64,000 bases of DNA, taken from contig CBDCCS010000022.1 of the NCBI GenBank assembly GCA_965214935.1, forward strand, positions 160,001 to 224,000, written 5' to 3'. This DNA is from Candidatus Velthaea sp. Its GTDB lineage: Bacteria > Vulcanimicrobiota > Vulcanimicrobiia > Vulcanimicrobiales > Vulcanimicrobiaceae. The notes under the pieces were generated by a model. That model was not told the origin of the DNA, did no database searches, and saw only the letters and a list, made by a program, of their open reading frames with translations. Shown piece after piece: positions 1 through 10,649 of the stretch. Position 1 is the stretch's first letter. Each line of letters opens with the position of its first letter. A program made the translations under genes and the position numbers.

Positions 1-2
1 TG

Positions 3-662
3 CGTGATGCAGATCGTCGTAGCGCCGTTGCGTTGTGCGTTCGCTAAGGCATCCGTAACATCACGCGAGGCACCCGTGTGCGAAATGCCTAACGCAACGT
101 CGCCTTTTTGCAGCAACGACGACGACATGGCCATCATATCGCCGTCCGACAGCGCGACGACCGCAATTCCTAATTTGAGAAACTTGTGATACGCATCGAT
201 CGCCAGCGGGTTCGATCCGCCGACGCCGTAGACTTCGACGCGCCGCGCCGTCGCGATCGCCCGGACGGCAAGTTCGAGTTCTGCATCGGTCAGTACTTCG
301 ATCGTGTCGCGCAATGCTTGAGCGTTTGCCTGGAACACTTTCGTCTTAATGACTTGGAGCGAATCGCCCGGTTCGATAGCGGCGTAAATCGCGTTCGTCG
401 GCTCGACGAGATCGCGCGCGAGCATGATCTTAAACTCTTGATAACCTTTGTAACCGATTTTTTGACACAAACGGACGACGGTCGATTCACTCGTGTTCGT
501 CTTTTCCGCAAGCTCCGTCACGGTAAGATAAATTAACTCGTCGGGATGTTTGAGAATGAAGTCGGCGACGCGCTGTTCGGCGGTCCGGAGCGACGAGTAT
601 GTCCCCTGAATGCGTACGAAGCTGCCGGGGACTTTAACTGGCTCAACTCTTACATCGGTCAT
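3..662 (-). CDS. MurR/RpiR family transcriptional regulator (3' end runs off the window)
   Basis: Hand translation from ATG at 662: MTDVRVEPVKVPGSFVRIQGTYSSLRTAEQRVADFILKHP..LTVTELAEKTNTSESTVVRLCQKIGYKGYQEFK (RpiR HTH), then SIS domain VYGVGGS..GISHTG. Absent from the ORF track because no stop lies in the window. Confidence 0.93.
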   Translation of the reverse strand, partial: MTDVRVEPVKVPGSFVRIQGTYSSLRTAEQRVADFILKHPDELIYLTVTELAEKTNTSESTVVRLCQKIGYKGYQEFKIMLARDLVEPTNAIYAAIEPGDSLQVIKTKVFQANAQALRDTIEVLTDAELELAVRAIATARRVEVYGVGGSNPLAIDAYHKFLKLGIAVVALSDGDMMAMSSSLLQKGDVALGISHTGASRDVTDALANAQRNGATTICIT

Positions 663-682
663 TTCGAACACGCTTCGCCAGC

Positions 683-1075
683 CTAGCTAGCGTCGCCTCG
701 AAAGAACTTTGCACGCTGCGTCTTGCGAAATAAATGACGCTCGAACGGTTGCGGCCGGTCGGGCGGCGCCCAGTCTTCGGTCGACTTGAGATATTCGTTG
801 ATCTGTGCCTCAAAGTCGGGATCGTTGATGATCGGCACTGGTCCGGGCGGCGGCAATGGTTCGTCAGCTCGAGTTTTCGCAAGTACCAGCATTCTTCCGA
901 TGAGGTCGAACGGCAATGTCGTCCCGCGCGCTTCGAGCGCTCGCGTATAAGCAGCACGATTCGCGTTTACCTCCGCGATGGAGACCGCTACAAGGCGCCC
1001 GTCCTCAAGACGCACGGTCGCTCCAAGTGCGTGCACGTTGATCACCGTGCCGCGAACGCGTTCAGGGTCGGTCAT
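683..1075 (-). CDS. Small hypothetical protein with S1/OB-fold-like N-terminus
   Basis: VRGTVINVHALGATVRLEDGRLVAVSIAEV resembles an S1 motif; C-terminal FEAQINEYLKSTE; co-oriented with the acc operon. Confidence 0.6.
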   Translation of the reverse strand: MTDPERVRGTVINVHALGATVRLEDGRLVAVSIAEVNANRAAYTRALEARGTTLPFDLIGRMLVLAKTRADEPLPPPGPVPIINDPDFEAQINEYLKSTEDWAPPDRPQPFERHLFRKTQRAKFFRGDAS

Positions 1076-1367
1076 GATGTTTTAGGTAAATGATCGTTTC
1101 GCGATCGCGTACGAGATGCAAGCGGTCGTGAATCTCCGGGATGGCACCGAGCGGATCGGACAGACGGCGAATTTCACGATCTTGTTCGGCGCGTTTGGCT
1201 TCGAGCCGCAGCACGTCGCTTTGCGTCGCGCCTAATTGCTCGGCCAACGCGAGGTTCTTATCGATGATTCGAACGTACTGCAGTCCGACGACGGCAAAGA
1301 ACGTGCCGACGAGCACGACGACGGTGATGCGACGCGACAGCCGAAGCGCGAATCGCATGCGGTTCAC
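1062..1367 (-). CDS. Septum formation initiator (FtsB/DivIC family)
   Basis: N-terminal TM helix, coiled coil, and L-SDP...IHDRLHLVRDRETII C-terminal pattern; GTGA overlap with the accA stop. Confidence 0.75.
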   Translation of the reverse strand: MNRMRFALRLSRRITVVVLVGTFFAVVGLQYVRIIDKNLALAEQLGATQSDVLRLEAKRAEQDREIRRLSDPLGAIPEIHDRLHLVRDRETIIYLKHHDRP

Positions 1368-2308
1368 GCGTTGCCGATCCGCCGAAACTTCGCGTACCGC
1401 CGATCGAGCAGCGCGCCGGTCGATTCGTGCAAGATCGTGTCGATCGCCGCGCCGACGGCTTCGAGCACCGTCGCGATCGTCCGCGGACCATCGCGATGGG
1501 CACCGCCGAGCGGTTCGGGTATCACTTGGTCGACGATACCGAACTCGCGCAGGTCATCGCTGGTCAGGCGTAAGCGTGCCGCGGCTTCATCGGCTTTCGA
1601 GGCGTCACCCCAAAGAATTGCCGCCGCACCTTCGGGCGATGCAACGGAGTAGACGCTATGCTCGAGCATCATCACGTGGTCGGCCAGGGCCAGCGCAAGT
1701 GCACCACCGCTGCCGCCCTCACCGATGATCGTCGCGACGACGGGTGTCGGGACATCGGCAAACGTCGCGAGCGTCGCGGCGATCGCTTCCGATTGCGCGC
1801 GTTCTTCAGAGCCGATCCCCGGATCCGCTCCCGACGTGTCGACGAACGTAACGACCGGCATACGCAGATGGCCCGCGAGCTTGACTAGGCGCTGCACTTT
1901 GCGGTAGCCCTCGGGCGCCGCCGAACCAAAGTTACGGCGGACTTTATCTTTAAAATCGCGGCCTTTTTCCTGCGCGATTACCATTACACGCCGGCCGCCG
2001 AGTTTCGCGAAACCGGCAATGATTGCAAGGTCATCGCGGAAATGCCGATCGCCGTGCAGTTCGTCGAATTGATCGAGCGCCGCGATATAATCACTACCGA
2101 TCGGACGCTTCGGATGGCGCGCCATATTCACGCGCTGCCACGGCGTCATCGCGCCGAACGTTTCGCGTAGGATCTCGGCGTATTTGGCTTCGATTGCCGC
2201 AATCTCGACCGACAGATCAATCCGCTGATCGGCGCTGTGCCGGCGCAAATCGGCGATGCGCTCTTCGAGTTCGAGCAGTCCTTTTTCGCGTTCGACGATA
2301 ACGTTCAT
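1364..2308 (-). CDS. accA: Acetyl-CoA carboxylase carboxyltransferase alpha
   Basis: ARHPKRP, ELHGDR, NFGSAAPEGYRK, IIGEGGSGGALAL, EPLGGAHRD motifs. Confidence 0.97.
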   Translation of the reverse strand: MNVIVEREKGLLELEERIADLRRHSADQRIDLSVEIAAIEAKYAEILRETFGAMTPWQRVNMARHPKRPIGSDYIAALDQFDELHGDRHFRDDLAIIAGFAKLGGRRVMVIAQEKGRDFKDKVRRNFGSAAPEGYRKVQRLVKLAGHLRMPVVTFVDTSGADPGIGSEERAQSEAIAATLATFADVPTPVVATIIGEGGSGGALALALADHVMMLEHSVYSVASPEGAAAILWGDASKADEAAARLRLTSDDLREFGIVDQVIPEPLGGAHRDGPRTIATVLEAVGAAIDTILHESTGALLDRRYAKFRRIGNA

Positions 2309-3210
2309 GCCGGCGCTTCTTCGGGCGTGACGCGCGCATGCGACGAACGGCCGTTACTCGAGCGGACGGAGATCGTTGCAGCCGAACCGTAGTCAAGCAA
2401 GCGGATGAGGGCATCGCGCAATTCGGTCCGCTTGACCACCATGTCGATCGCGCCTTTCTCAAGTAAGAATTCCGCAGTCTGAAAATTGTCGGGCAACTTT
2501 TGCCGGATGGTTTGTTCGATCACGCGGCGTCCGGCAAAGCCGATCGATGCTTTTGCTTCAGCGACGATTACATCGGCTTGAAACGCAAATGAGGCCGAAA
2601 CACCGCCTGTCGTCGGGTCGGTCAACACGCTGATATAAAAGTTTCCGGCGCTTATAAAGCGCCGAACCGCAAGCGTCGTCTTGGCCATTTGCATGAGCGC
2701 AAGCATGCCTTCTTCCATGCGCGCGCCGCCGGAGGCGGTACAGATAATACACGGCACTTTCCGCCGCCGGGCTTGCTCGAACAAAAGCGCGATGCGTTCG
2801 CCGACGACCGTCCCCATCGTACCGCCGCGAAAATTAAAGTCCATCACGCCTAGCGCGACGCTAAAGCCGCCGATCGCGCCGAACCCGCACACGATGCCTT
2901 CAGAGAGATGCGACTTTTCGCGGTCGCGTTCGAGTTTCTGCGGATAAGGGACTTTATCAACCCAATTGAGCGGATCGCCGGGCAACAGATCGCTTCCGAT
3001 CTCGACGAAATCCGAATCGATGAGCATGTTGATTCGATCGAATGCGTGCATCCGAAAATGCTGGCCGCAGTTTTTGCAAACGTACAGCGCCGCGGCTAAA
3101 TCCGGCCGGTACAACATCTCGCCGCACTTCGGACACTTCGTCCATTGCGCGGCATCTTCACCCGAGGGAACATCGTCACGGCGAATCCGCAGCCATTCCG
3201 GCATCGGCAC
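2305..3210 (-). CDS. accD: Acetyl-CoA carboxylase carboxyltransferase beta
   Basis: WTKCPKC..CKNC zinc finger, ASGGARMEEG, DPTTGGVSASFA, GFAGRRVIEQT. Confidence 0.97.
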   Translation of the reverse strand: MPMPEWLRIRRDDVPSGEDAAQWTKCPKCGEMLYRPDLAAALYVCKNCGQHFRMHAFDRINMLIDSDFVEIGSDLLPGDPLNWVDKVPYPQKLERDREKSHLSEGIVCGFGAIGGFSVALGVMDFNFRGGTMGTVVGERIALLFEQARRRKVPCIICTASGGARMEEGMLALMQMAKTTLAVRRFISAGNFYISVLTDPTTGGVSASFAFQADVIVAEAKASIGFAGRRVIEQTIRQKLPDNFQTAEFLLEKGAIDMVVKRTELRDALIRLLDYGSAATISVRSSNGRSSHARVTPEEAPA

Positions 3211-3947
3211 TACGAACGACCGCTCAGGCGGCCGCGATAAATGCGTGCGAGTTGGCGCAGATAGTTAAAGATCTCATTCCCATTGAGTTTCGACGTTCCG
3301 GCAACACGATCGGTAAAGACGTACGGTACCTCGACAGCCCGCTCGTAGCGCGCTTTCGCAATGACTTCAAGCCCGATCTTGAAACCGATCGGGTCGAGCT
3401 CGACGCCGGTGATGGCGCGGCGGCGCACTAAAAAATAGCCTGATGTAATATCACGTACTGCGGTGAGCGGCTTGGCTAGTGCGATGGCCACGAGCGATGT
3501 AACTTTGCGTTGCACCGGCCAGTCTTCAATGCCGCCGCCGGCGACATATCGCGACCCGATCGCAAGGTCGTAGCCGTTGGCCAAGGCGTGCACCATCTTC
3601 GGGATGATCGTTGCGTCGTGCGAGAAGTCGGCGTCCATGGCACCTAACGCATCGGAATCCGCTCGGGCGAACTTCCAGCCGTCGATGACGCCGCTCGATA
3701 ATCCCATTTTGCCGGGCCGATGCAGACAGCGCACCGGATACTTCTCGGCCGCCAGCCGTTCGACGATATCACCGGTGCCGTCCGGCGAATTATCATCGAC
3801 GACGACGATTTCGCCGTCGAGCGAATTCTTTGTGAACACGTCGTTGAGCGTCACAATAAGGCGCTCGATTCCGCCGGCCTCTTTGTATGTCGGAACGACG
3901 ATCGAGAACTTCAACGCAGCCGGTGCGGCGGTCGGCGATTCGGTCAC
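3210..3947 (-). CDS. Polyprenol monophosphomannose synthase-like GT2 glycosyltransferase
   Basis: IVVPTYKE, VVDDNSPDGT, MDADFSH, IGSRYVAGG, FTDRVAGTSKL. Confidence 0.9.
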   Translation of the reverse strand: MTESPTAAPAALKFSIVVPTYKEAGGIERLIVTLNDVFTKNSLDGEIVVVDDNSPDGTGDIVERLAAEKYPVRCLHRPGKMGLSSGVIDGWKFARADSDALGAMDADFSHDATIIPKMVHALANGYDLAIGSRYVAGGGIEDWPVQRKVTSLVAIALAKPLTAVRDITSGYFLVRRRAITGVELDPIGFKIGLEVIAKARYERAVEVPYVFTDRVAGTSKLNGNEIFNYLRQLARIYRGRLSGRS

Positions 3948-4225
3948 GTCAGGAGATGTACCGTGGGAAAGCGTGATGCGTCAAATTTTGCCAAGCTATC
4001 GTAGGCGCTTACTTCGGTGCTGAGCAGCGTCACGCCGGCTTCATCAACCGTGGCAACTTCGGCTGCGGGCAGCGCGACGTCTTCAGCGCGCGCGGCCCAA
4101 TGAACGACGAGTAATTCAGCTTGGCGCGAGTTATCCGCAGCGTAGACCGAGCGAACCTCGCCGACGCGGACGTCGCCAACGAACACCGGCGTTCCGGAAA
4201 GAAGCGATTCTAACGTATGTGCCAT
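3944..4225 (-). CDS. Small PRC-barrel-like hypothetical protein
   Basis: GTPVFVGDVRVGEVRSVY pattern; overlaps the start of the next gene. Confidence 0.6.
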   Translation of the reverse strand: MAHTLESLLSGTPVFVGDVRVGEVRSVYAADNSRQAELLVVHWAARAEDVALPAAEVATVDEAGVTLLSTEVSAYDSLAKFDASRFPTVHLLT

Positions 4226-4342
4226 TAACGAACGGAGAGTTTACGCCTCAACGTGACGCTTTCCCGTGCTCAGCGTATTCTTTGCGCGCGTTCTTGTCCG
4301 ACATTGCGCAAGCATGAATCGCGCGAAGCCGAAAGCCGTGGC

Positions 4343-5395
4343 GTGCCTCTACCGCCGAATGCGCGCCAATGGACGTTACTCGTCGCTGCTTCGGTCGCCT
4401 TAGCGTGGCTGCTCGAACGGGCGGCGTTTCCCGCCGCGCTGTTACTGGGCCCGATGATCGCCGCTATCGGCACTGCGGCCGGCGGCGCGCGATTGCGGAT
4501 TCCGCGACCCGCTTTCATCGGCGCCCAGTCGATCGTCGGCTGCCTCGTCGCGCGGGCAATAACCGCTCCGATCGTCGCATCGATCGTAAACGACTGGGCC
4601 GTCATGCTGGCCGTCGTCGTCAGTACGGTCGCGGCCGGAGCGGCAGTCGGCTTCATCCTCACTCGCTTCGGCGCACTTCCCGGCAGCACGGCGGCATGGG
4701 GCTCGTCACCGGGCGGAGCGTCGGCGATGGTCGCAATGTCCGAAGCATTCGGCGCGGACGTGCGGCTCGTTGCATTCATGCAATATTTGCGGGTGATCGT
4801 CGTGGTCGTCACCGCCTCGCTGGTCGCCCGGCTTTTGACCGGCGGCACGCCCGGCACGCATACCTCCGCCGTCATCGCACCAGCCGCCCGGCTTTTCGGC
4901 GCCGTTTCCATCGGCGAAACGCTTTTGCTGGCCGCCGGCGGTGCGTGGCTGGGCGGGCGGTTGAAGGTTCCGGCCGGCGCGTTGCTCGTACCGATGACGC
5001 TCGGCGCGGTGCTACACGCAACCGGCGCGATGGCGATTAGCTTACCCGAACCGCTGCTCGGGCTTGCCTATGCCGCCATCGGCTGGTACGTCGGCTTGCA
5101 GTTCACGCGCGATACATTGAGGCATGCGTTGCGCGCCGTTCCGCAACTGCTCGCGGGAACGCTGCTGCTCATCGGTTTGTGCATGATCTCGGCCTGGCTG
5201 CTGCACCGGACGCTGGGGACCGATCCACTCAGCGCCTACCTGGCGACGAGTCCGGGCGGCTTAGACTCGGTCACGATCATCGCGGTCGGCAGCGGGGTCA
5301 ACATCCCGCTCGTCCTTGCCGTTCAAGCTCTGCGCATCTTCATCGTCATTCTTAGCGGACCGGCGCTGGCAAAGCTCATCACCCGCTACGCATGA
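4343..5395 (+). CDS. AbrB family membrane protein (duplicated domain)
   Basis: PAALLLGPMI, GSSPGGAS..QYLRV, LATSPGGLDS..QALR. Start uncertain (GTG 4343 chosen; ORF opens at 4253). Confidence 0.88.
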   Translation: MPLPPNARQWTLLVAASVALAWLLERAAFPAALLLGPMIAAIGTAAGGARLRIPRPAFIGAQSIVGCLVARAITAPIVASIVNDWAVMLAVVVSTVAAGAAVGFILTRFGALPGSTAAWGSSPGGASAMVAMSEAFGADVRLVAFMQYLRVIVVVVTASLVARLLTGGTPGTHTSAVIAPAARLFGAVSIGETLLLAAGGAWLGGRLKVPAGALLVPMTLGAVLHATGAMAISLPEPLLGLAYAAIGWYVGLQFTRDTLRHALRAVPQLLAGTLLLIGLCMISAWLLHRTLGTDPLSAYLATSPGGLDSVTIIAVGSGVNIPLVLAVQALRIFIVILSGPALAKLITRYA

Positions 5396-6133
5396 CTATA
5401 ATTCGCCGCGCGCGTACAGAAGCGCCGCGAGAACGACGAGCGCCGCCGTCTCGGTACGCAAAATGCGGCGTCCGAGCGACAGCGAGACCGCTCCGGCAGC
5501 AACCGCCGCCTCGACTTCAGCGGCCGAAAAACCGCCTTCGGGCCCGATGATGATGAGCGCGCTGCTCGCCGCGCGCAGTTCCGGCTCGAAGCGTTCCCGC
5601 AGGGGCAGCGGATCGGCAAGCTCCCACGCAATATACACTCGCTCGAAGGCAGGAAAGATCGGCAACAACTCGCTCCAGCCGACGATCGGACCCACATCGG
5701 GGACGTGCGTCCGGCCGCATTGTTGCGCCGCTGTTTTCGCGATGCGCTGCCAGCGCTCGTGTTTGCGATCGCCGGTGCGCTCGCCGATCACGCGGTCGCT
5801 GCGCAGCGGCACGATTCCCGCGACGCCGAGTTCCGTCGCTTTCTCGACGATGTAGTCCATTTTTTGCGCCTTGGGAAGCGCTTGGGCTACGACGGTGCGC
5901 AGCGTGCTCTCGCGTTCCGCCCGCTCCATGGCGTCCGCAAGACGGGCGTGAACCGCCTTGCCGTCGATTTCCAGGATCGCCGCGAACGCGGTGCCGCCGC
6001 TGTCGACAAGCACCACGCGGTCACCGTCGTCCCGGCGTAGCACCGTCACGAGTTTTCGCGCATCGTCAGCGGCCAGCGACACGCGCTCGCCGACGGCATG
6101 AACGCCCTCGATGAAAAAGCGATCGCGCGGCAT
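5396..6133 (-). CDS. rsmE: 16S rRNA m3U1498 methyltransferase
   Basis: MPRDRFF start; KMDYIVEKATELGV, AAQQCGR, IGPEGGFS, LGRRILRTETA. Confidence 0.95.
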   Translation of the reverse strand: MPRDRFFIEGVHAVGERVSLAADDARKLVTVLRRDDGDRVVLVDSGGTAFAAILEIDGKAVHARLADAMERAERESTLRTVVAQALPKAQKMDYIVEKATELGVAGIVPLRSDRVIGERTGDRKHERWQRIAKTAAQQCGRTHVPDVGPIVGWSELLPIFPAFERVYIAWELADPLPLRERFEPELRAASSALIIIGPEGGFSAAEVEAAVAAGAVSLSLGRRILRTETAALVVLAALLYARGEL

Positions 6134-6194
6134 ACGACGCAGTTTTAGACCGCCGCACCGGAACACCCGCCCGGGTGTTGAATACCCGATTTCC

Positions 6195-6980
6195 GTGATC
6201 GGCTTGTTACTAGCGGTGCTCACGCCGCTCTTCGTTCCGGCGACGCCGGTGCCGTCGCCGTTGCCCGAGATCGGCCGCGTCCGGTCGAATGCATTATGTA
6301 CGACCGTGCGCCAAAACGTAGCGCCGGCAGTGCTCGGGCTGATGCGCAACGATGAGATCATCGGTGCCGGTCACCGCGCGTTTGCGAAAATGTCGCGCGA
6401 TGCAGCCGGTACATCGAGTGCGTCGATCGAGATCGACAAGCTGTACCTCGAACAAATCGAAACGCGCTTGGTTCACAATTTGAGCGTCATCGACCGCAAA
6501 CTTGGCGACGTCAAGCACTTTCCGGTTGTCGCGCAGAGCGACGACGAGCAAGATGCCGATGCGCTCAAAAAACAACTGCTCGCCGTTGCGGCCGAACAGC
6601 GCAAAGCACTCAATCTCATTTCCGGAACGCTCGCAACGGAGTCGCTGGGGCAGATGCGTAACGACATTGCCGGCGCTACGATGCAAAACTCGCTGCAGCC
6701 GCCGTCAAGTCAGCCGCAGGCGGCCGCAACCGCCGACCCGACATCCTTTATCGGCGTTGCCGGCTTACCGGATTTCGCGCCGGTCGCAGCATTTTCGAAG
6801 ACGGCGAAGCTCTCCAACCTTGCCGGTCACACGGTGTTCGATCAGGTCGCGCTACAGCTTGAAGACACCCAAGCGACCATCGCGCATCACGAAAATGTCG
6901 CAACTGAAACAGTTATTCGAACGGCCGAACAATGCCGCGCGGTCGTCGTGCCGAGTCCGGCTCCGTCCTCAAGCCCCTAG
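6195..6980 (+). CDS. Secreted hypothetical protein
   Basis: Signal-like VIGLLLAVL followed by PTPVPSPLPEIGRVRS; helical body flanked by two Cys; start inferred at GTG 6195. Confidence 0.65.
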   Translation: MIGLLLAVLTPLFVPATPVPSPLPEIGRVRSNALCTTVRQNVAPAVLGLMRNDEIIGAGHRAFAKMSRDAAGTSSASIEIDKLYLEQIETRLVHNLSVIDRKLGDVKHFPVVAQSDDEQDADALKKQLLAVAAEQRKALNLISGTLATESLGQMRNDIAGATMQNSLQPPSSQPQAAATADPTSFIGVAGLPDFAPVAAFSKTAKLSNLAGHTVFDQVALQLEDTQATIAHHENVATETVIRTAEQCRAVVVPSPAPSSSP

Positions 6981-8456
6981 CGCAAATCCGGGCAGCCAGC
7001 TGCCGTGATAGCCGGTCGGAACGCGAACCGGCAAGTTCACCGTCGCAGCCGGCGCGCCGGTAAAATCGGCTCCGTCGATGATGACGAACGAGCTTCGGTC
7101 GGTCGCCCGATCGTAGGTGAATGCAAGGATGTAAACGTCGCCTTCGTCACGCGCGTCATGTTTGGCAACGATGGTCGGTTCGGCCACGAGCGTGGCCCAA
7201 CCGGCCGGCCGAATCGTTGCAGCATTCGTCTGCATGTCGTAGCGCACGAAGCCGTCGAAACCGCCGGCCGGCAGAGCGCTGCGCGCTTCGCTGACTCCCG
7301 CCGTCGCGGCGTAACCATAGCGATAATGCGTGCCGCCGACGGTATCGGCGACTCGCGGCAACTCGATATAGCGCTCGTCGCGCCGATCGAAGCGGCACGT
7401 ACCGGCAAGCCGATCGACTTCAAGCCGAACGAGCGCCGGCGGCGTACCATGCGGATCGATCGAGCTTTCGAGCGACGCGTGTACGATCACATCGATGAGC
7501 AGCAAATCGCCCGTCTCGTAGCCGTTGAGATAGTGCCAAAAATAAAAGCCGTCGGTGCGGATCCGCTGCGGCGGCTTGCAGACGTCGGCGCGATCGATGA
7601 TGATTATTTCGGTACCGCGTTCGGCTTCGTAGCGAAATGCCGGCTTACCGCGCATGATCGCTTGCAGATCGAAGACGAGCGGCGCAACGACGAGCACGAA
7701 CGAGCGCTCCGTCAGAAGGCAATCATGCACGATCATCGTCGCATCGAGTTCGAGCGTTAGTTCACGAACGATCGTTCCGCCGGCATCGGCAACGAAATAA
7801 ACGCAGCGCGGCGTATCGATCGCATATCGAAAAAAATGCAGCGAACCGTCATGGCGGTCGACTTTTGGGTGGGCGGTCATCGTCGCATCGAGCCGGCCGC
7901 CGAAGGTGTAGCGCCCGACGGTATGCAGCGCGCTATCCAACTCGTACGGCAAGCCGCCTTCATACAACGCTAAAATGCGGTCGGCAAAACCGATGACGTT
8001 CGTATTTGCCGCGTTTTTCACCGGGCTCGGATCGCCGTCGCGACCGATGAGCTTCTTACTGACGGGAAACGGCTTTCCGACGCTGCCGTAGATCGCCCGG
8101 CCCGCTCGCCGCTCGGCTTTCAAGCCGGCCGTTTCGATCCAGCGGTTGCGATAACGCGCGCGGCCGTCCCGCAACTCGATCGCGTGAAGCATGCCGTCGC
8201 CGTCGAACGGGAAGCGATAATCGAGCGGCTCGAATTGCGGATTGGGACCGTTACGTACGTACGTGCCGTCGAGCTCCGCCGGAATCTGCCCCTCGACAAC
8301 GAGATTGGTGAGATCGATTTCATCGCGACGCGGCGCGTTCGGTCCGAGTAAGTATGGATCGGTGTCGAACGGATGCGGCCGCGGCGCGAGTGCACGAGCG
8401 AAAGCGGTCAACGGTCCGGCGACCGCCGTCACCGTTCGCGTGACGAGCGGGTGCAT
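6969..8456 (-). CDS. Carotenoid cleavage oxygenase family dioxygenase
   Basis: RNGPNPQF, FDGDGM, NTNV and four Fe-ligand histidines (TAHPK, VHD, WHYLN, GYHGSW). Confidence 0.93.
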   Translation of the reverse strand: MHPLVTRTVTAVAGPLTAFARALAPRPHPFDTDPYLLGPNAPRRDEIDLTNLVVEGQIPAELDGTYVRNGPNPQFEPLDYRFPFDGDGMLHAIELRDGRARYRNRWIETAGLKAERRAGRAIYGSVGKPFPVSKKLIGRDGDPSPVKNAANTNVIGFADRILALYEGGLPYELDSALHTVGRYTFGGRLDATMTAHPKVDRHDGSLHFFRYAIDTPRCVYFVADAGGTIVRELTLELDATMIVHDCLLTERSFVLVVAPLVFDLQAIMRGKPAFRYEAERGTEIIIIDRADVCKPPQRIRTDGFYFWHYLNGYETGDLLLIDVIVHASLESSIDPHGTPPALVRLEVDRLAGTCRFDRRDERYIELPRVADTVGGTHYRYGYAATAGVSEARSALPAGGFDGFVRYDMQTNAATIRPAGWATLVAEPTIVAKHDARDEGDVYILAFTYDRATDRSSFVIIDGADFTGAPAATVNLPVRVPTGYHGSWLPGFALGA

Positions 8457-9577
8457 CAGTCGGCTTTGAACGCTTCTTTGACTCGCTCGAAGAACGAGCG
8501 TTCTTCGACCCGATCTCCGCCCTCGTCGGCAAAGGCTTCGAGCAATTCACGTTCGCGCTTGGAAAGTTTCGTCGGCACAACAACATGGACGGTGACGAGC
8601 TGGTCGCCGCGCGCCGTCCCGCGCACGCTGGGCATTCCGCGTCCACGTAAACGATAACTCGACCCGGATTGCGTGCCGGCTTGCAACGTCAGCGGCACGT
8701 CGCCTTCCATCGACGGCACGGCGATCTCCCCGCCCAGTGCGGCTTGCGGAAACGAGACCGGAACATCGATATACAGATCCATGCCGTCACGCCGGTAGCG
8801 TTCGTTGCGCTTCACGGATAGATAGACATAGAGATCGCCGTCCGGGCCGGAACGTACGCCGGCCTCGCCGCTGCCGCTGATCCGAATTCGCGAGCCGTCG
8901 TCGACGCCCGCCGGGATTTTTACCGTAAGCGCTTTTTCGGTTTCAATCCGGCCGCGGCCGCGGCACACCTGACACGGCGAGGGGATCATTTGCCCGTCGC
9001 CGCCGCATTTCGAACAGGTCGTCTGCGTGACGAATTGGCCCAGCGGCGTCTGGCGAACCTGACGCATGACACCGCTTCCGGCGCAGCGGTCGCAGGCCGT
9101 GATGAGCGTCCCGGGCTCGGCGCCCGAACCTTTACAGGTCGCACACGACGCAAGATGGTTGAACGAAATGTCGCGTTGCGTCCCGGCGAACGCTTCTTCG
9201 AGCGTGATTTCGATGTCGTAACGCAGGTCGCTGCCGCGCGCCGGACCATTGCGGCGCGGCGCCTGAGCCGCTCCGCCGCCGCGCTGTGCGCCGAAGAACA
9301 TATCGAAAATATCGCCGAAACCATCGGCGCCGCCGGCAGCACCGAACCCGCCGCCATCCGCACCGGCATGACCGAAGCGATCGTAGTTCGCCCGCTTTTG
9401 CGGATCGCTTAGTACTTCGTAGGCTTCGTTGATCTCTTTGAATTTGTGCTCGGCGGCAACTTTATCTTCGTTGACGTCCGGATGGTGCTTGCGGGCGAGT
9501 TGCCGGTACGCACGCTTAATATCCGTGTCGTCGGCGCCGCGCGCAACGCCGAGCACATCGTAGTAATCGGTTGCCAT
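8456..9577 (-). CDS. dnaJ: Chaperone DnaJ
   Basis: [11 protein letters not shown] start, HPD motif, G/F region, four CxxCxGxG repeats. Confidence 0.97.
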   Translation of the reverse strand: MATDYYDVLGVARGADDTDIKRAYRQLARKHHPDVNEDKVAAEHKFKEINEAYEVLSDPQKRANYDRFGHAGADGGGFGAAGGADGFGDIFDMFFGAQRGGGAAQAPRRNGPARGSDLRYDIEITLEEAFAGTQRDISFNHLASCATCKGSGAEPGTLITACDRCAGSGVMRQVRQTPLGQFVTQTTCSKCGGDGQMIPSPCQVCRGRGRIETEKALTVKIPAGVDDGSRIRISGSGEAGVRSGPDGDLYVYLSVKRNERYRRDGMDLYIDVPVSFPQAALGGEIAVPSMEGDVPLTLQAGTQSGSSYRLRGRGMPSVRGTARGDQLVTVHVVVPTKLSKRERELLEAFADEGGDRVEERSFFERVKEAFKAD

Positions 9578-9582
9578 GCGCG

Positions 9583-10641
9583 CTATCGCAACTCGAGATC
9601 GTCGAGATGCGCGCCGAGCGAGTCGGCGGTTCCCGAAGCTAGCGCCATCAAACGCGCGTACGGCATGCGGCGTGGTCCGAGTATGGCAATCATGCCGACA
9701 CCGCGGTCGCCGAAACGATAAGGGACGGTCACCATGCTGCACTCCGACATTGCGTCTTCTCCGAGTTCGCGTCCGATTTTTACCATCGGAGTGGTGACAT
9801 TCGCATCAGGCTTAATAGATTCAGCAACAAGATCGTAAAGCGTCTTTTGTTCTTCAACTATATGTAAAATCGTACGCAACTTGCGCAGATCGTGGAATTC
9901 CGGCTGATCCAGCAGATTTTGCGTTCCGGACGCTGCAAGCTGCGGTTCGGCGCTCTGCCGGGCCGCTCGAAATGCCGTGCTGACGACCGTCGCCAATTCA
10001 TCGCTGATATGAAACTCCGCGGCGACCGCGGCAAGATCTTCGGCGATGATGTCTTCGATGATCCGTCCGGACAAGCGTGCGTTAAGCGCGTTCGAGAGCC
10101 GCGTAAGGTCGTCCGCCGGTACGTCGATCTGCCATTCAACCGCGGTTTGCGATGCAACGCCCATCGATGTAACGACGATCGCCAGCGCCGTTCGCGGCGA
10201 AAGCCAAATGAGCTGGATGTTCTTGAACGCATGCGTATCGCGCGACGGGGCGACGGCGAACACGAGATTTTTCGATAAGCTCGAAAGCATCCGCGTCGTT
10301 TGCTCGATAACGTCGGACAGCTCGCGGCTGGCAGCGCGGAACTGTTCGCGAATTCGCCGCGCATCGTCGCTGGGCAACGACTCGGCAGGCATCAACCGGT
10401 CGACATAGGTGCGGTAACCGGCATCGGACGGCACGCGACCGGCCGACGTGTGCGGCTGGACGAGATAGCCGAGAGCTTCGAGTTCGGCCATTTCATTACG
10501 GATCGTCGCCGAAGAGACGCCCAAATTATACTTGTGCGTCAACGTGTTGGAACCGACCGGTTCGGCGGTTGCGATGTATTCGTACACAACCGTCGCCAGT
10601 ATGAAGGCCTTGCGTTTATCGAGCTCGAGCTTGTCTTTCAT
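9583..10641 (-). CDS. hrcA: Heat-inducible transcription repressor
   Basis: [43 protein letters not shown]. Confidence 0.96.
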   Translation of the reverse strand: MKDKLELDKRKAFILATVVYEYIATAEPVGSNTLTHKYNLGVSSATIRNEMAELEALGYLVQPHTSAGRVPSDAGYRTYVDRLMPAESLPSDDARRIREQFRAASRELSDVIEQTTRMLSSLSKNLVFAVAPSRDTHAFKNIQLIWLSPRTALAIVVTSMGVASQTAVEWQIDVPADDLTRLSNALNARLSGRIIEDIIAEDLAAVAAEFHISDELATVVSTAFRAARQSAEPQLAASGTQNLLDQPEFHDLRKLRTILHIVEEQKTLYDLVAESIKPDANVTTPMVKIGRELGEDAMSECSMVTVPYRFGDRGVGMIAILGPRRMPYARLMALASGTADSLGAHLDDLELR

Positions 10642-10649
10642 CTATCCCG

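Noticed and set aside
9578..9742. N-terminal extensions of dnaJ (also rsmE to 6361, acs from 10532, KS to 59362, SRPBCC to 60009)
   Set aside because: They overlap neighbouring real genes; family homology begins at the downstream starts used above.
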